In this document: positions 1-12,802 of the stretch, one piece after another
How positions within the stretch are numbered: the stretch's first letter is position 1
How the letters are laid out: each line of letters starts with the position of its first letter
Source of the DNA: Eledone cirrhosa
Taxonomy: Eukaryota
DNA: 64,000 nucleotides
NCBI GenBank assembly: GCA_964016885.1
Contig: OZ024763.1
Location: 23,808,001 to 23,872,000 of the forward strand
Direction: 5' to 3'
The notes under the pieces: generated by a model
The model's database searches: none
What the model saw: only the letters and a program-made list of their open reading frames with translations
What the model was told of the DNA's origin: nothing
Position numbers and translations under genes: made by a program

Positions 1-221
1 TAGAAAGAGGGGCAGGAGAGAGAAATAGTGTGGGGAGGGGGGGAGATGGGGGGGGGGGAGAGAGACAGGCAGAAAGAAAGGTGGAGAGAAAGAGAGAGAG
101 AGATATGGAAAGAGAGAGGAGGAGAGAGAGAGGGGGAAAGACTGAGAAAGAACAGTGACTTGTAAAACAGACAAACATACAACATTGTTAAACTATCTCT
201 GATTGCAGATGGTCAGTATAA

Positions 222-224
<3 letters not shown>

Positions 225-259
<35 letters not shown>

Positions 260-356
260 CACACACATATTTATATATATATATATACATGTATACACAC
301 ACACACACATTTATATATAGACATACATGCACACACACATATATACACACATCCAT

Positions 357-425
<69 letters not shown>

Positions 426-475
426 AACACACGCGCACACATACATTTATATATATATACACACATACACACACT

Positions 476-517
<42 letters not shown>

Positions 518-590
518 CGCACTATCTCACGCTTGCGCTCTTCCTCTGTTTCTCTTTTATCTATATCTAATATAGGTTAAGGAGAATTGC

Positions 591-630
<40 letters not shown>

Positions 631-709
631 TATATTTAGATACATATATACTATATATATATATATATTATATATATATACATATATATAGATACATATA
701 TATAGATAC

Positions 710-740
<31 letters not shown>

Positions 741-1025
741 CATGTAGATACATATATATATAGATACATATATATATATATACATGTAGATACATATATA
801 TATAGATACATATATATATAGATACATATATATACATATATATAGATACATATATATATAGATACATATATATACATATATATAGATACATATATATATA
901 CATATATATATACATACATATATACATATATATATACATACATACATATATATATACATACATATATACATATATATATACATACATATTCATATATATA
1001 TACATACATATATATGTACATATAC

Positions 1026-1095
<70 letters not shown>
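225..1095. repeat. (TA)n/(TACA)n compound microsatellite
   Basis: Directly visible TA/CA dinucleotide tracts. Confidence 0.95.
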
Positions 1096-1098
<3 letters not shown>

Positions 1099-1131
1099 GA
1101 TATAAATAGATACACAGATAAGTACATATCA

Positions 1132-1247
1132 TTATTCGGGGTCAATAAAATAAAGGACCAGTAATGACACTGGGGTCGATTTAATCGACTGGCCGTCCCC
1201 CCAAAATTGCTCCTTGTGCCTATAGTAGAAACTATTATTATTATTAT
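1132..1247 (+). mobile_element. 3' fragment of the tRNA-derived SINE family (family S)
   Basis: cggggtcaataaaataaaggaccagtaat...ccttgtgcctatagtagaaactattattatt matches the body and tail of full copies such as 41259-41447. Confidence 0.8.
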
Positions 1248-1344
1248 GACAGGCTGAATGGGTTGGGATAAACAACTGAACGAAACTTAAGTTCCTGTGT
1301 ATGTTGGAACTTATTATACACACACACAGGCGTATATGTATATA

Positions 1345-1518
1345 TAGAGAGAGGGGGGGGGGGAGAAGAGAAAGTGAGAGAAAGAGAGAAAGAGAGAAAG
1401 AGAGAAAGAGAATGAGAGAAAGAGAATTAGAGAAAGAGAATGAGAGAAAGAGAGAGAGAGAAAGAGAGAGAGAGAAAGAGAAAGAGAGAGAGAGAGAGAG
1501 AAAGAGAAAGAGAGAGAA

Positions 1519-1565
<47 letters not shown>

Positions 1566-1880
1566 AAGAGAGAGAGAGAAAGAGAGAAACACAGGCATAA
1601 AGGTGAGAGAGAGAGAGACACAGGCATAAAGGGTGAGAGAGAGAGACACACAGGCATAAAGGTGAGAGAGAGAGACACACAGGCATAAAGGTGAGAGAGA
1701 GAGACACACAGGCATAAAGGTGAGAGAGAGAGACACAGGCATAAAGGTGAGAGAGAGAGACACAGGCATAAAGGTGAGAGAGAGAGACACACAGGCATAA
1801 AGGTGAGAGAGAGAGACACACAGGCATAAAGGTGAGAGAGAGAGACACAGGCATAAAGAGAGAGAGAGAGAGACAGGCAT

Positions 1881-1915
<35 letters not shown>

Positions 1916-1918
1916 CAT

Positions 1919-1953
<35 letters not shown>

Positions 1954-1956
1954 CAT

Positions 1957-1991
<35 letters not shown>

Positions 1992-2281
1992 CATAAAGAG
2001 AGAGAGAGAGAGGCATAAAGAGAGAGAGAGAGAGACAGGCATAAAGAGTGAGAGAGAGAGAGAGAGAGAGACAGGCATAAAGAGTGAGAGAGAGAGAGAG
2101 ACAGGCATAAAGAGTGAGAGAGAGAGACAGGCATAAAGAGTGAGAGAGAGAGAGAGAGAGAGAGACAGGCATAAAGAGTGAGAGAGAGAGAGAGAAAGAT
2201 AGAGAGATCTGTACTGAGATAGGTAGATATATTTAGAAAGATATGTAAAACGGTAGACATGAAGAGATGAATAAAAAGATT

Positions 2282-2332
<51 letters not shown>

Positions 2333-2347
2333 ATGTGTGTGTGTGTA

Positions 2348-2394
<47 letters not shown>

Positions 2395-2494
2395 ATGTGT
2401 GTGTGTGTATGTGTGTGTATATATGCATACGTGTGTGGGTGCGAGTATATCTATGCATACGTGTGTGTGTGAGTATATATATATGCATACGTGT

Positions 2495-2546
<52 letters not shown>

Positions 2547-2643
2547 GATGTACATCTACTGCAGAGGAAAAAATAAACTGTGAAATCAGCAGTGGGAAAG
2601 GATGTTTGGTGGTGCCTGTTATAGAAATACCAACCATTTTTGG

Positions 2644-2685
<42 letters not shown>

Positions 2686-3555
2686 GAGAGAGAGAGAGAG
2701 ACTGAGGGAGGGAGAGAGAAGAGAGCAGAGATAGGGATAGAGGGGGAAGAAGGGAGAGAGAAGAGAGCAGAGATAGGGATAGAGGGGGAAGAGGTGAGAG
2801 AGAGAGGGGGGTAGAGTGAGAGAGAGAGAGAGAGGGGGTAGAGAGAGAGAGAGGGGGGTAGAGAGAAAGAGAAATTGAGAGTAGATAGAATAGAGAGATA
2901 GAGGTGAGAGAGAGTACATGGAATGGAGACAGTTGAGGGAGGGAGAGAAAAGAGAGCAGAGATAGGGATAGAGGGGGAAGATGTGAGAGAGAGAGAGAGA
3001 GGGGGGGGGGGGAGGGGGGTAGAGAGGGGGGTTAGAGAGAAAGAGAGATTGAGAGTAGATAGAATGGAGAGATAGAATAGAGGAGAGAGAGCGTACATGG
3101 AATGGAGACAGAGAGGAAAGAGAGCAAAGAGAGCGATAGAGGAGGAAGAGAAGCGCAGAGAGGAGAGAGAGAGAGAGCGAGAGAGAGAGCGAGAGAGAGA
3201 GGGTGCATGGAATGGAGAGAGAGAAAAAAAGGGAAGATAGGAAATAGGGAGAGAGAGTAGAGTAGATGGCTTGGAAAGAGAGAAGTGGGAACAGGGAAAC
3301 CAGAGCGATAAAGAGAGAGAGTAGGAGAGAGAGATGGAGTAGAGTGAGTGAGAGAGACAGACATAGAGCAGAGAGAGAGGGAGGGGAGATGGGAGGGGGA
3401 GAGAGAGGAGAGAGAGAGGGGGAGAGAGAGAGAGTGGGGAGAGAGATAGGAGGAGAGAGAGGGGGGAGAGAGAGAGGGGGAGAGAGAGGGAGAGAGAGAG
3501 AGGGGAGAGAGAGAGGGGAGAGAGAGAGAGAGGGGAGAGAGAGGGGAGAGGGAGG
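1345..3555. repeat. GA-rich microsatellite field, including a (GA)n-ACAGGCATAAAG minisatellite at ~1590-2180
   Basis: The acaggcataaag(gt) unit recurs, separated by variable (ga)n. Confidence 0.9.
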
Positions 3556-3663
3556 AGTGACATCCCAGAGATAATAAAACCTATCTAAACTTTATAACAG
3601 AGAGTTATCTTGTCAGAATCTTTGAAACAGTATTTCCAACATGACAAGGTAACATTGTAAGTA

Positions 3664-3900
3664 TGTCTTATCTGGGTATCGTCTGCTAAATGGAAGAGCC
3701 AGACGCCGCACGTGACCAACAAATTCATAAATTGTGTCTTATCTGGGTATAGTCTGCTAATTGGAACAGCCAGACGCCGCACGTGACTGGCAAATCCACC
3801 AATTGTATCTGTGTGTGTGTCTTATCATCTGGGTATCGTCTGCTAAATGGAACAGCCAGAAACCACACGTGACTGGCAAATCCACCAACTGTATCTGTGT
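3664..3900. repeat. ~70-85 bp tandem repeat, 3 copies
   Basis: tgtcttatctgggtatcgtctgctaaatggaacagccagacgccgcacgtgac recurs at ~3664, ~3734 and ~3817. Confidence 0.85.
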
Positions 3901-4167
3901 CAGGGTGTCGTATGGGTATGGTCCCGTAACTCCTGCTGAAATGGTAGGAGCGCCATATTGACATACGGCGTTTCTTGGATATCTAAGACGTCCAAGAAAC
4001 GCCGTATATTAATCTCCAGGCCTGAGTATAACAGATTTCTTCCAGAGAAAGATCGAAAGTGAGAGAGAGGAAATGAGAGAGAGGGAGAATCAACTCAGTA
4101 CTAGACTGGTACTTTTTTTTTTTTATTGACCTCGAATGGTTTAAAGACAACAGAGAAGGATATATTA

Positions 4168-4672
4168 TATAATTGTTTCTACTTTTGGCACAAGGCCAGC
4201 AATTTCCCAGTGTATTACTGGTACTTTATTTTATCGACCCCGTAAGGATGAAAGGCGGCGGTGGATTGGCAGTATCGGTAGCAGTCGGACGCCATGCTTT
4301 CCAGCATAGTTACGTCCCTTTACGATCTGAGTTCAAATCCCGCCGAGGTTAACTTTGCCTTTCATCCTTACGGGGTCGATAAAATAAAGTACCAGTAATG
4401 TACTGGGTAATTGCTGGCCTTGTGCCTAAAGTAGAAACAATTATATATAATCCCGCCGAGGTTAACTTTGCCTTTCATCCTTACGGGGTCGATAAAATAA
4501 AGTACCAGTAATGTACTGGGTAATTGCTGGCCTTGTGCCTAAAGTAGAAACAATTATATATAATCCCGCCGAGGTTAACTTTGCCTTTCATCCTTACGGG
4601 GTTGATAAAATAAAGTACCAGTAATACACTGGACAATTGCTGGCCTTGTGCCAAAAGTAGAAACAATTATAT
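4168..4672. mobile_element. SINE cluster: inverted 3' fragment joined head-to-head to a full SINE whose 3' half is triplicated
   Basis: Minus-strand tail at 4168-4256; ggcggtggattggcagtatcggtag head at ~4257; aatcccgccgagg...gaaacaattata occurs three times at ~112-bp period. Confidence 0.9.
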
Positions 4673-4714
4673 ATAGAGACAGGGAAGGAAGTGAGAAAGA
4701 GATATAGAGGAAGA

Positions 4715-4990
4715 ATCGACACCAGTACATAACTGGTACACTTTTTCATCGACCTCGAATGGATGAAAAACAATGTTGACCTCGGTGGGATTTGAACTCA
4801 GTTATAGAGGGGAAGTGAGAAAGAGATATAGAGGAAGAATCGACCCCAGTAGTTGACTGGTACTTTTTTTATCGACCTCGAAAGGATGAAAGGGAAAGTT
4901 GACCTCGGTGGGATTTGAACTCAGGGAGCAGAAAGCCGGAACAAATACCATAAAGCATTCTATTCAACGTTTTAACGTGTCTGCCAATTT
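4715..4990 (-). mobile_element. Diverged SINE remnants related to family S
   Basis: atcgacctcgaaaggatgaaagggaaagttgacctcggtgggatttgaactcag motif occurs twice. Confidence 0.7.
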
Positions 4991-5101
4991 ACCGTACACA
5001 CTCATGGAGAGGAGGTGGGCCCTGCCAGGTTTTTTAATAAATGCTTTAGAAACACCGGATATCAATACGGCACCCCCATGACTCACTCAGGAATTACGGG
5101 T

Positions 5102-5146
<45 letters not shown>

Positions 5147-5231
5147 TATACATACATTACATACATACCTAAATTACATACATACGTGCATACATACACA
5201 TACATACATACAGATACATACATACATACAT

Positions 5232-5808
5232 GGTGGCTGCCAACTCGTTTTCGAGTACGGCCACTACTTTATATCCATGTAGGAGAACCCTTACCGATGC
5301 GCTGAACGAGTGTGACTTTTTAGTCCAGCCAGCGACTTGAAAACTCTGGTACGAACACTACACTTGTGACAATTATTGACACATAGTGCTGGGCCCATGG
5401 TACCCTGTGACGACAAGTGCAGAGAGATCTCCAGTATAAAGCAATGCCTCTGCCGTGAAGTGAGAATTGAAAAAAAACACTACCCTAAAAGGACAACATG
5501 ATCGGATGCTGCGGAAGCAAGCATGTTTTTCTTTTTCAGAGTTTCTTTCTCTAAGAAAGTTGTAACAACAACTGGGGGCCTTTCACTACCAGGTAAATAA
5601 AAAAAAAAGTACAAAGTACTATTTAAATTCTGCTGAATTCTTCCGCCCGTCGCCGGGTCTTTTATTTCATCCTGCAGGGTGTCCAAATATTACTCTCCTC
5701 ATCAAGCAAGCTTGGTGGTGTTGCCGGTTTAGTCGCCGACGACCCGTCCATGGGACAGGTTGTACTGGGTTACATGCTACCAGTAGCACTCGAGAGTGAC
5801 CTGACATA
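5232..5808 (-). mobile_element. RTE-clade LINE derivative (3' end with C2H2-like tail, (TATG)n tail)
   Basis: Minus strand 5371-5291 reads CHKCSVRTRVFKSLAGLKSHTRSAHR*, like the C-terminal zinc finger of RTE ORFs. It ends ggcagccacca-(tgta)n. An internally deleted relative lies at 32240-32304. Confidence 0.65.
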
Positions 5809-5830
5809 ACATACATATATATATACATAT

Positions 5831-6135
5831 ATGATGGCTGCCCCCTCGTTATCGAGTATGGTCATTGCACGATAATACATATGCCTGTTTTTTTAAAGTG
5901 AAGAAAGACTGTGCACTGAGCCAATCCCACTCTCTGAGCGACAGTAGCTATAACCCGAAAAGAAGAAAAGATCAATATCATCGGTAACTACTGAGCCGCA
6001 GGTTTTATGTCGGAGTTATCCCAGCTTCCTGAGTTGCCTTCTCCTAGAAGAATGTCCCGACAAAGGCTAGGGGTCCTTCACTCCCAGTGGTTTAACCGCA
6101 CGATCTGGTATCCAGCCCGGTTATTTCTATGACCT
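5831..6135 (-). mobile_element. Retroposon remnant with an RTE-type 3' end
   Basis: atgatggctgccccctcgttatcgagtatgg resembles the 5232 terminus. Confidence 0.5.
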
Positions 6136-6316
6136 CGCGCATATACATACACATACATACATGTATATACATATATACTTATATGTAGAAGTTATATTTA
6201 AATTGTTGGGATACAACAAGCAAATATTTTTATAACTGATATAAAGCACTCAACAAATTATTGAAGTAAAAATACGATATATTAACAAATGGAAACTATA
6301 TTTATAAAACCATATT

Positions 6317-6381
6317 TATTTCATTATACATATTTCAAGGACACCAAGTCAAATTATGGTGCGCTTTCATCAGATAAAATA
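6317..6381 (-). ncRNA. Type I hammerhead ribozyme (family F) in a (TA)n-flanked short element (~6183-6422)
   Basis: Minus strand: TATTTTAT-CTGATGA-AAGCGCACCA..TGGTGTCCTT-GAAA-TATGTA-TA-ATGAAATA; stems I and II pair. Confidence 0.8.
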
Positions 6382-6435
6382 TAATATAGATCAGTTTTAT
6401 AAATAAATATTGACATACCCTTATATATGTATATA

Positions 6436-6479
<44 letters not shown>

Positions 6480-6550
6480 TGCATACATACATGTATATAC
6501 ATATTTACACATTTTTTTATGGCCGTTGACTCTTATGAGTTCTTCCGACC

Positions 6551-6581
<31 letters not shown>

Positions 6582-6867
6582 CATACATCATAGCACATAT
6601 ATCTCACAGTAATATTAGTGGATCATATTGTGAAGAAGAAAAAAAAAATGGTTTGCAAACTTCTAGGCTAGACCCATGTAGAAAATAATAATTGGAAGTA
6701 CCAAATGTCTACAACTATGCTTGATATGTTGTTGTTGTTGTTGTTGTTAGCAAGTGGTGGGCGCGGTAGGATCCTCTTATTCGTAGAATGCACAGCCTCA
6801 ACCAGACAGCTTGCTGACATTCAGTGCAAATTTAAACAGAATAGTATTTTGAGAAACTCAGCGTAAT

Positions 6868-7963
6868 GGTGGTGGGAGTAGTGTTAGTAGTGGTGGTGGG
6901 AGTAGTGTTAGTAGTAGTAGTGTGGTGGTGGTGGTGGTAGTGATGGTGGTGGTAGTAGTGTTAGTAGTAGTAGTGTGGTGGTGGTGGTAGTGATGGTGGT
7001 GGTTGTGGTGGTGATGGGAGTAGTAGTAGTGTGGTGGTGGTTGTGGTGGTGGTGGGAGTAGTGTTAGTAGTAGTAGTAGTGTGGTGGTGGTTGTGGTGGT
7101 GATGGGAGTAGTGTTGGTGGTGGTGGTTGTGGTGGTGGTGGGAGTAGTGTTAGTAGTAGTAGTAGTGTGGTGGTGGTTGTGGTGGTGATGGGAGTAGTGT
7201 TGGTGGTGGTGTTTGTGGTGGTGGTGGGAGTAGTGTTAGTAGTAGTAGTAGTGTGGTGGTGGTTGTGGTGGTGATGGGAGTAGTGTTGGTGGTGGTGGTT
7301 GTGGTGGTGGTGGGAGTAGTGTTAGTAGTAGTAGTAGTGTGGTGGTGGTTGTGGTGGTGATGGGAGTAGTGTTGGTGGTGGTGGTTGTGGTGGTGGTGGT
7401 GGTGGTTGTGGTGGTGGTGGTTGTGGTGGTGGTGGGAGTAGTGTTAGTAGTAGTAGTAGTGTGGTGGTGGTTGTGGTGGTGATGTGAGTAGTGTTGGTGA
7501 TGGTGGTTGTGGTGGTGGTGGTGGTGGTTGTGGTGGTGGTGGTTGTGGTGGTGGTGGTGGTGGTAGTGTTGGTGATGGTTGTTGTTGTGGTGGTGGTGGT
7601 AGTGATGGTGGTGGTAGTGATGGTGGTGATAGTAGTGTTAGTAGTAGTAGTGTGGTGGTGGTTGTGGTGGTAATGGGAGTAGTGTTGGTGGTGGTGGTGG
7701 TTGTGGTGGTGGTGGTGGTTGTGGTGGTTGTGGTGGTGGTGGTTGTGGTGGTGGTGGTGGTTGTTGTGGTGGTGGTGGTAATGATGGTGGTAGTAGTGTT
7801 AGTAGTAGTAGTGTGGTGGTGGTTGTGGTGGTGATGGGAGTAGTGTTGGTGGTGGTTGTTGTTGTTGTTGTTGTGGTGGTGGTGGTTGTTGTGGTGGTGG
7901 TAGTGATAGTAGTAGTAGTAGTGTATATATATATATATATGTGTGTGTGTGTATATATATATA

Positions 7964-8037
<74 letters not shown>

Positions 8038-8730
8038 GTGCTGGTGTTGGTAGTGTTGGTGGTGGTTGTTGTTGTTGTTGTGGTGGTTGTGGTGTTGATG
8101 GTGATGGGAGTAGTGTTGGTGGTGGTGGTGGTGGTAGTGGTGTTAGTAGTAGTAGTGTAGTGGGAGTAGTGTTAGTAGTAGTAGTGTGGTGGTGGTTGTG
8201 GTGGTGATGGTGATGGGAGTAGTGTTGGTGGTGGTGGGAGTAGTGGTGGTGGTGGATGTTGTTGTGGTGGTGGTGGTGGTTGTGGTAGTTGTGGTGATGG
8301 TGGCAGTGATGGTGATGGTAGTAGTATTAGTAGTAATAGTGTGGTTGTGGTGGTGGTGGTGGTTGTAATGGTGGTAGTCGGAGTAGTATTAGTTGATTAG
8401 TGTTGTGGTGGTGGTGGTGGGGTGACAATAATTATATTTACGACCTTCATGATGACGACGATGACAACTATGCTACTGTTAATAATGATGATGATGATGG
8501 TGATGCTTCTGGTGGTGATTATGATGATGGTGGTGATTATGATGGTGATGGTGGTGGTGTTGGTGGTGGTGAAGATGATGATGGTGATGGTGGTGGTGAT
8601 GAAGAGGAAGTTAGTGACGATGGCGATGGTGATGATAATTAGGATGGTGATGGTGGTGGTGGTGAAGATGATGATGATGGTGAAGAGGAAGTTAGTGACG
8701 ATGGTGATGGTGTTGGTGGTGATGATGCTG
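6868..8730. repeat. (GGT)n/(GTA)n/(GAT)n compound trinucleotide repeats with higher-order units
   Basis: Directly visible. Confidence 0.9.
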
Positions 8731-8807
8731 GCTGCCAATCCAGCCCCCTGCGGCAACAAAACTGCAGACGTTATTATCTCTGAATACAAGATAGCGGGGG
8801 TAGAAGG

Positions 8808-9090
8808 TGGGTAGGTAGCTGGGTAGGTAGGTGGGTGGGTAGGTAGCTGGGTAGGTAGGTGGGTGGGTAGGTAGCTGGGTAGGTAGGTAGGTAGCTAGGT
8901 GGATAGGTAGGTGGGTAGGTGGGTAGGTAGGTGGGTAGGTGGGCGGGTAGGTAGGTAGGTGGGTAGGTGGGTGTGTGGGTGGGTGGGTGGGTAGGTAGCT
9001 AGGTGGGTAGCTGGGTAGGTAGATAAGGTGGGTAGGTGGATAGGTAGGTAGGTGGGTAGGTGGGTAGGTAGGTGGGTAGGTAGGTGGGTA
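8808..9090. repeat. (GGTA/GGTG)n tetranucleotide repeat
   Basis: Directly visible. Confidence 0.9.
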
Positions 9091-9122
9091 GCCTAGCGTT
9101 CTTCGCAGACGAATATTTCCTC

Positions 9123-10493
9123 CACAACAATAACATCAACAATGCCAAATATAACAACAACAGCAACACTAATAAGAACAACAACAACAGCACCACCAAA
9201 TACAACAAACTACGACCACCAACACCAACACTAGCAAGAAGAACAACAACAGTACCACCACCAACAAAAATGGCAACAACACCACCACCACCACCAACGT
9301 CACCACTAATACCACCTCCACCACAACCACCAACACCCTCACCATCACCACCACCACCATCATCTTCAGCACTAACATCAAAACCATCATCACCACCAAC
9401 ACCAACGTCACCACTAATACCACCTCCACCACAACCACCAACATCCTCACCATCACCACCATCACCACCACTAACAGCAACACCAACAACCACCAACATC
9501 CGCACCACCACCCTCACCACCATCACTACCCCCAGTAACATAATAACTACCACCCCCATACCACGACCACCACCGTAGCAACTATACTGCTAAACAAAAC
9601 AATACACAAGGTAAAAAAACAACAGCGGTAACAACAACAACAACAACAACAACACCAACACCAAGAATAGCTCCACCACCACCACCACACACCTTCAGCA
9701 ACAACACCTACAACAACAACAGCCCCTCACCACCACCACCAACAACAACAACTGCACCACCACCACCACCAACAGCAACAGCTGCACGACCACCAACAAG
9801 AACACCAGCTGCACCACCACCACCCAGAACAACAGCCTCACCACCACCAACAACAACAACAACACCACCACCACCACCACCACCAGCCTCACCACCACCA
9901 ACAACACCAACACCACCACCACCACCACCACCACCACCCCCCTCACCAACAACAACAACAACAGCCTCCACCATCACCAACAACAACAACACCACCACCA
10001 CCACCACCACCACCACCACCACCACCACCACCACCACCACCACCACCACCACTACCACCACCACCACCACCACCACCAGTCTCACCACCACCAACAACAG
10101 TCTCCACCACCAACAACAACACCACCACCAACTGCACCACCACCACCAACAACAACACCAACACCACCAACTGCACCACCACCACCACCACCAACAACAA
10201 CAACAGCCTCCACCATCACCACCAACAACACCACCACCACCAACTGCACCACCACCACCACCAACTGCACCACCACCACCAACAACACCACCACCAACTG
10301 CACCACCACCACCACCAGTCTCACCACCACCAACAACAACAACAGCCACCACCATCACCACCAACAACACCACCACCAACTGCACCACCACCACCACCAC
10401 CAACAGCCACCACCACCACCAGTTTCACCACCACCAACAACAACAACAGCCACCACCATCACCACCAACTGCACCACCACCACCACCTACTGC

Positions 10494-10524
<31 letters not shown>

Positions 10525-10856
10525 CCACCAACTGCACCACCACCACCAACAACATCACTATCACCACCACCAACAACACCAACACAAGAGCAGCAACAAT
10601 AAGAGCAGTACCAAAAACACCAACAACCATAACAGCAACAACAACAACAGTAACAACAACCATAACAGCAACAACAACACTATTAAGAACAACATTAACA
10701 ACGTCAGTAGCCTAAAATCCCAAGCAATTTTCGTTGTTGCTGCTGGGTGTTGTTGTTGCTGGGTGTTGTTGTTGTTGCTCGGTGTTGTTGTTGTTGCTGG
10801 GTGTTGTTGTTGTTGTCGGGTGTTGTTGTTGCTGGGTGTTGTTGTTGTTGTTGCTA
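9123..10856. repeat. (CAC)n/(CAA)n low-complexity field, switching to (GTT)n
   Basis: Directly visible. Confidence 0.9.
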
Positions 10857-10979
10857 GCTTTCGGCATTCCAGACAGCAAATATTTTATACACTGGAGAAG
10901 ATCACTGCAAGAAGTTAACCATCGTCTACGGATATTAATGTTGAGTCAGGTTTCTCTATCCTAGGAATATATATAAGAG

Positions 10980-11034
10980 GGATGCATCGTCCTGATGAGG
11001 GCCATCTAAGTTCGAAATGTATAGACAATTATCC
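10980..11034 (+). ncRNA. Minimal type I hammerhead ribozyme
   Basis: GTC-CTGATGA-GGGC catctaa GTTC-GAAA-TGTA-TA-GAC, with a distal ggat/atcc extension of stem I. Confidence 0.7.
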
Positions 11035-11188
11035 CCGTTGCTTCTGTTGGACTCCGCTCAGCGGCGCTGACCGTCAGTCATCTATTCGTAGTTGAGGCTT
11101 TCTAAATACTTAGTTATTAAACGTACCGTATATCTTTAGCTATACGAAATTCACACACACATACACAATATATGTGTGTGTGTGTGTG

Positions 11189-11265
<77 letters not shown>

Positions 11266-11326
11266 GAAGTAATTCCGTCGGAAAGGTCCAGGAAAAAAGA
11301 GTGCTCTATGTAGGTTACAGAGCTTA

Positions 11327-11588
11327 ATAGTTATGTAATAAACAACATAAGATAATTATTTCATTTACCAGTGGTTTCTTGAAAGCAAACAAAATTTGCT
11401 TTCAGTCATCAGAATGAAAAAATCCTGGTGTATTTATTGACAGTGGATTTTAAAAAAAGGTTTTTAAAATTCAGTCAATAAATACACCAGGATTTTTTCA
11501 TTCTGATGACTGAAAGCAAATTTTGTTTGCTTTCAAGAAACCACTGGTAAATGAAATAATTATCTTATGTTGTTTATTACATAACTAT
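11327..11588. mobile_element. Fold-back palindromic mini-element with a hammerhead in each arm, ending in (TA)n
   Basis: ~115-bp near-perfect inverted arms (11327-11441 / 11474-11588). Confidence 0.9.
11496..11556 (+). ncRNA. Type I hammerhead ribozyme (complete; mirror copy on the minus strand at 11359-11419)
   Basis: TTTCATT-CTGATGA-CTGAAAGCAAA ttttg TTTGCTTTCAA-GAAA-CCACTGG-TA-AATGAAA; 7-bp stem I, 10-bp stem II, GUA cleavage triplet. Confidence 0.9.
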
Positions 11589-11645
11589 ATATATATATAT
11601 ATAAATAGAGTTGAAAATTGCAAACTTGACTGTCACCACTAAATA

Positions 11646-11684
11646 TGAACCTGAAGATTGCGAAAGCATGAAAGTACTTGTTCA
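11646..11684 (+). ncRNA. Minimal hammerhead ribozyme with palindromic stem III
   Basis: TGAAC-CTGAAGA-TTGC gaaa GCAT-GAAA-GTAC-TT-GTTCA; host element ~11604-11788 lies between (TA)n tracts; second copy at 30758-30796 (-). Confidence 0.85.
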
Positions 11685-12238
11685 ATTAACACTTAACATT
11701 TCATATTCTACCATACTATTTCATTATAATATCATTTTCATTTTAAAGGATTGTAAATAAAACGAGCAAATCAGATTTATTAACTACATATATATATATA
11801 AATAATTGTGTGTATGTGAAGACACATAGCTTACTGGTACTTTATTATATAAGGGGTCGATAAAATAAAGTACCAGTAATACACTGGGGTAATTTCTGGC
11901 CTTGAGCCAAAAGTAGAAACATTTATATGAAACATCACTATGATTGCATCACATTAAATATTAGTCTTTTTTCTAATACTGCAAGGTTTCACAACAATCT
12001 GTCCATTAGTAAAGATACTATAAACATTTGAATTAACAAAACCTGTACCACATAAAACCACACTTAGCAAGACATTCTTGAAAAGTACGAAACATTACTA
12101 TAACTAGATTTAATTAAATAGTAAAGTCTTTACTTCAGGCCATTGCAAAGTTTCACAACAATCTGTCCATTGGCAAAGATATTATAAATATTTCATAAAC
12201 ATGTCTTTATATAAATTTCTGCTAAATTATTATTAGAT

Positions 12239-12340
<102 letters not shown>

Positions 12341-12504
12341 CACATATATATATATATATATATAATATGCATATATATATTGAATATGTTTTACAAAGCT
12401 AGTGACAGGTAGATTCATATGTACAATTTTCCCTGAATAAATAATTTCAGCTATCTTTTCACAGAGATGTTTCTTGTATTTCAGAGATAAATAACATTCT
12501 GCAT

Positions 12505-12546
<42 letters not shown>

Positions 12547-12599
12547 ATTAAATACACCTCTCTATATATATACATTATATATATAAATATCTACATATA

Positions 12600-12726
12600 C
12601 ATATGTGTGTATGTATATAAATATATATATATACACATACATATATACATACATCTATACACACACATATATATATATACATATATTTATAAATATATTT
12701 ATAAATACATATATTTATATATATGT

Positions 12727-12802
<76 letters not shown>

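Noticed and set aside
9084-9578. Mucin/extensin-like Pro/Thr-rich exon (also 38630-39649, 47603-48070)
   Set aside because: These are CAC/CAA repeats open in several frames on both strands, with no supporting gene structure.
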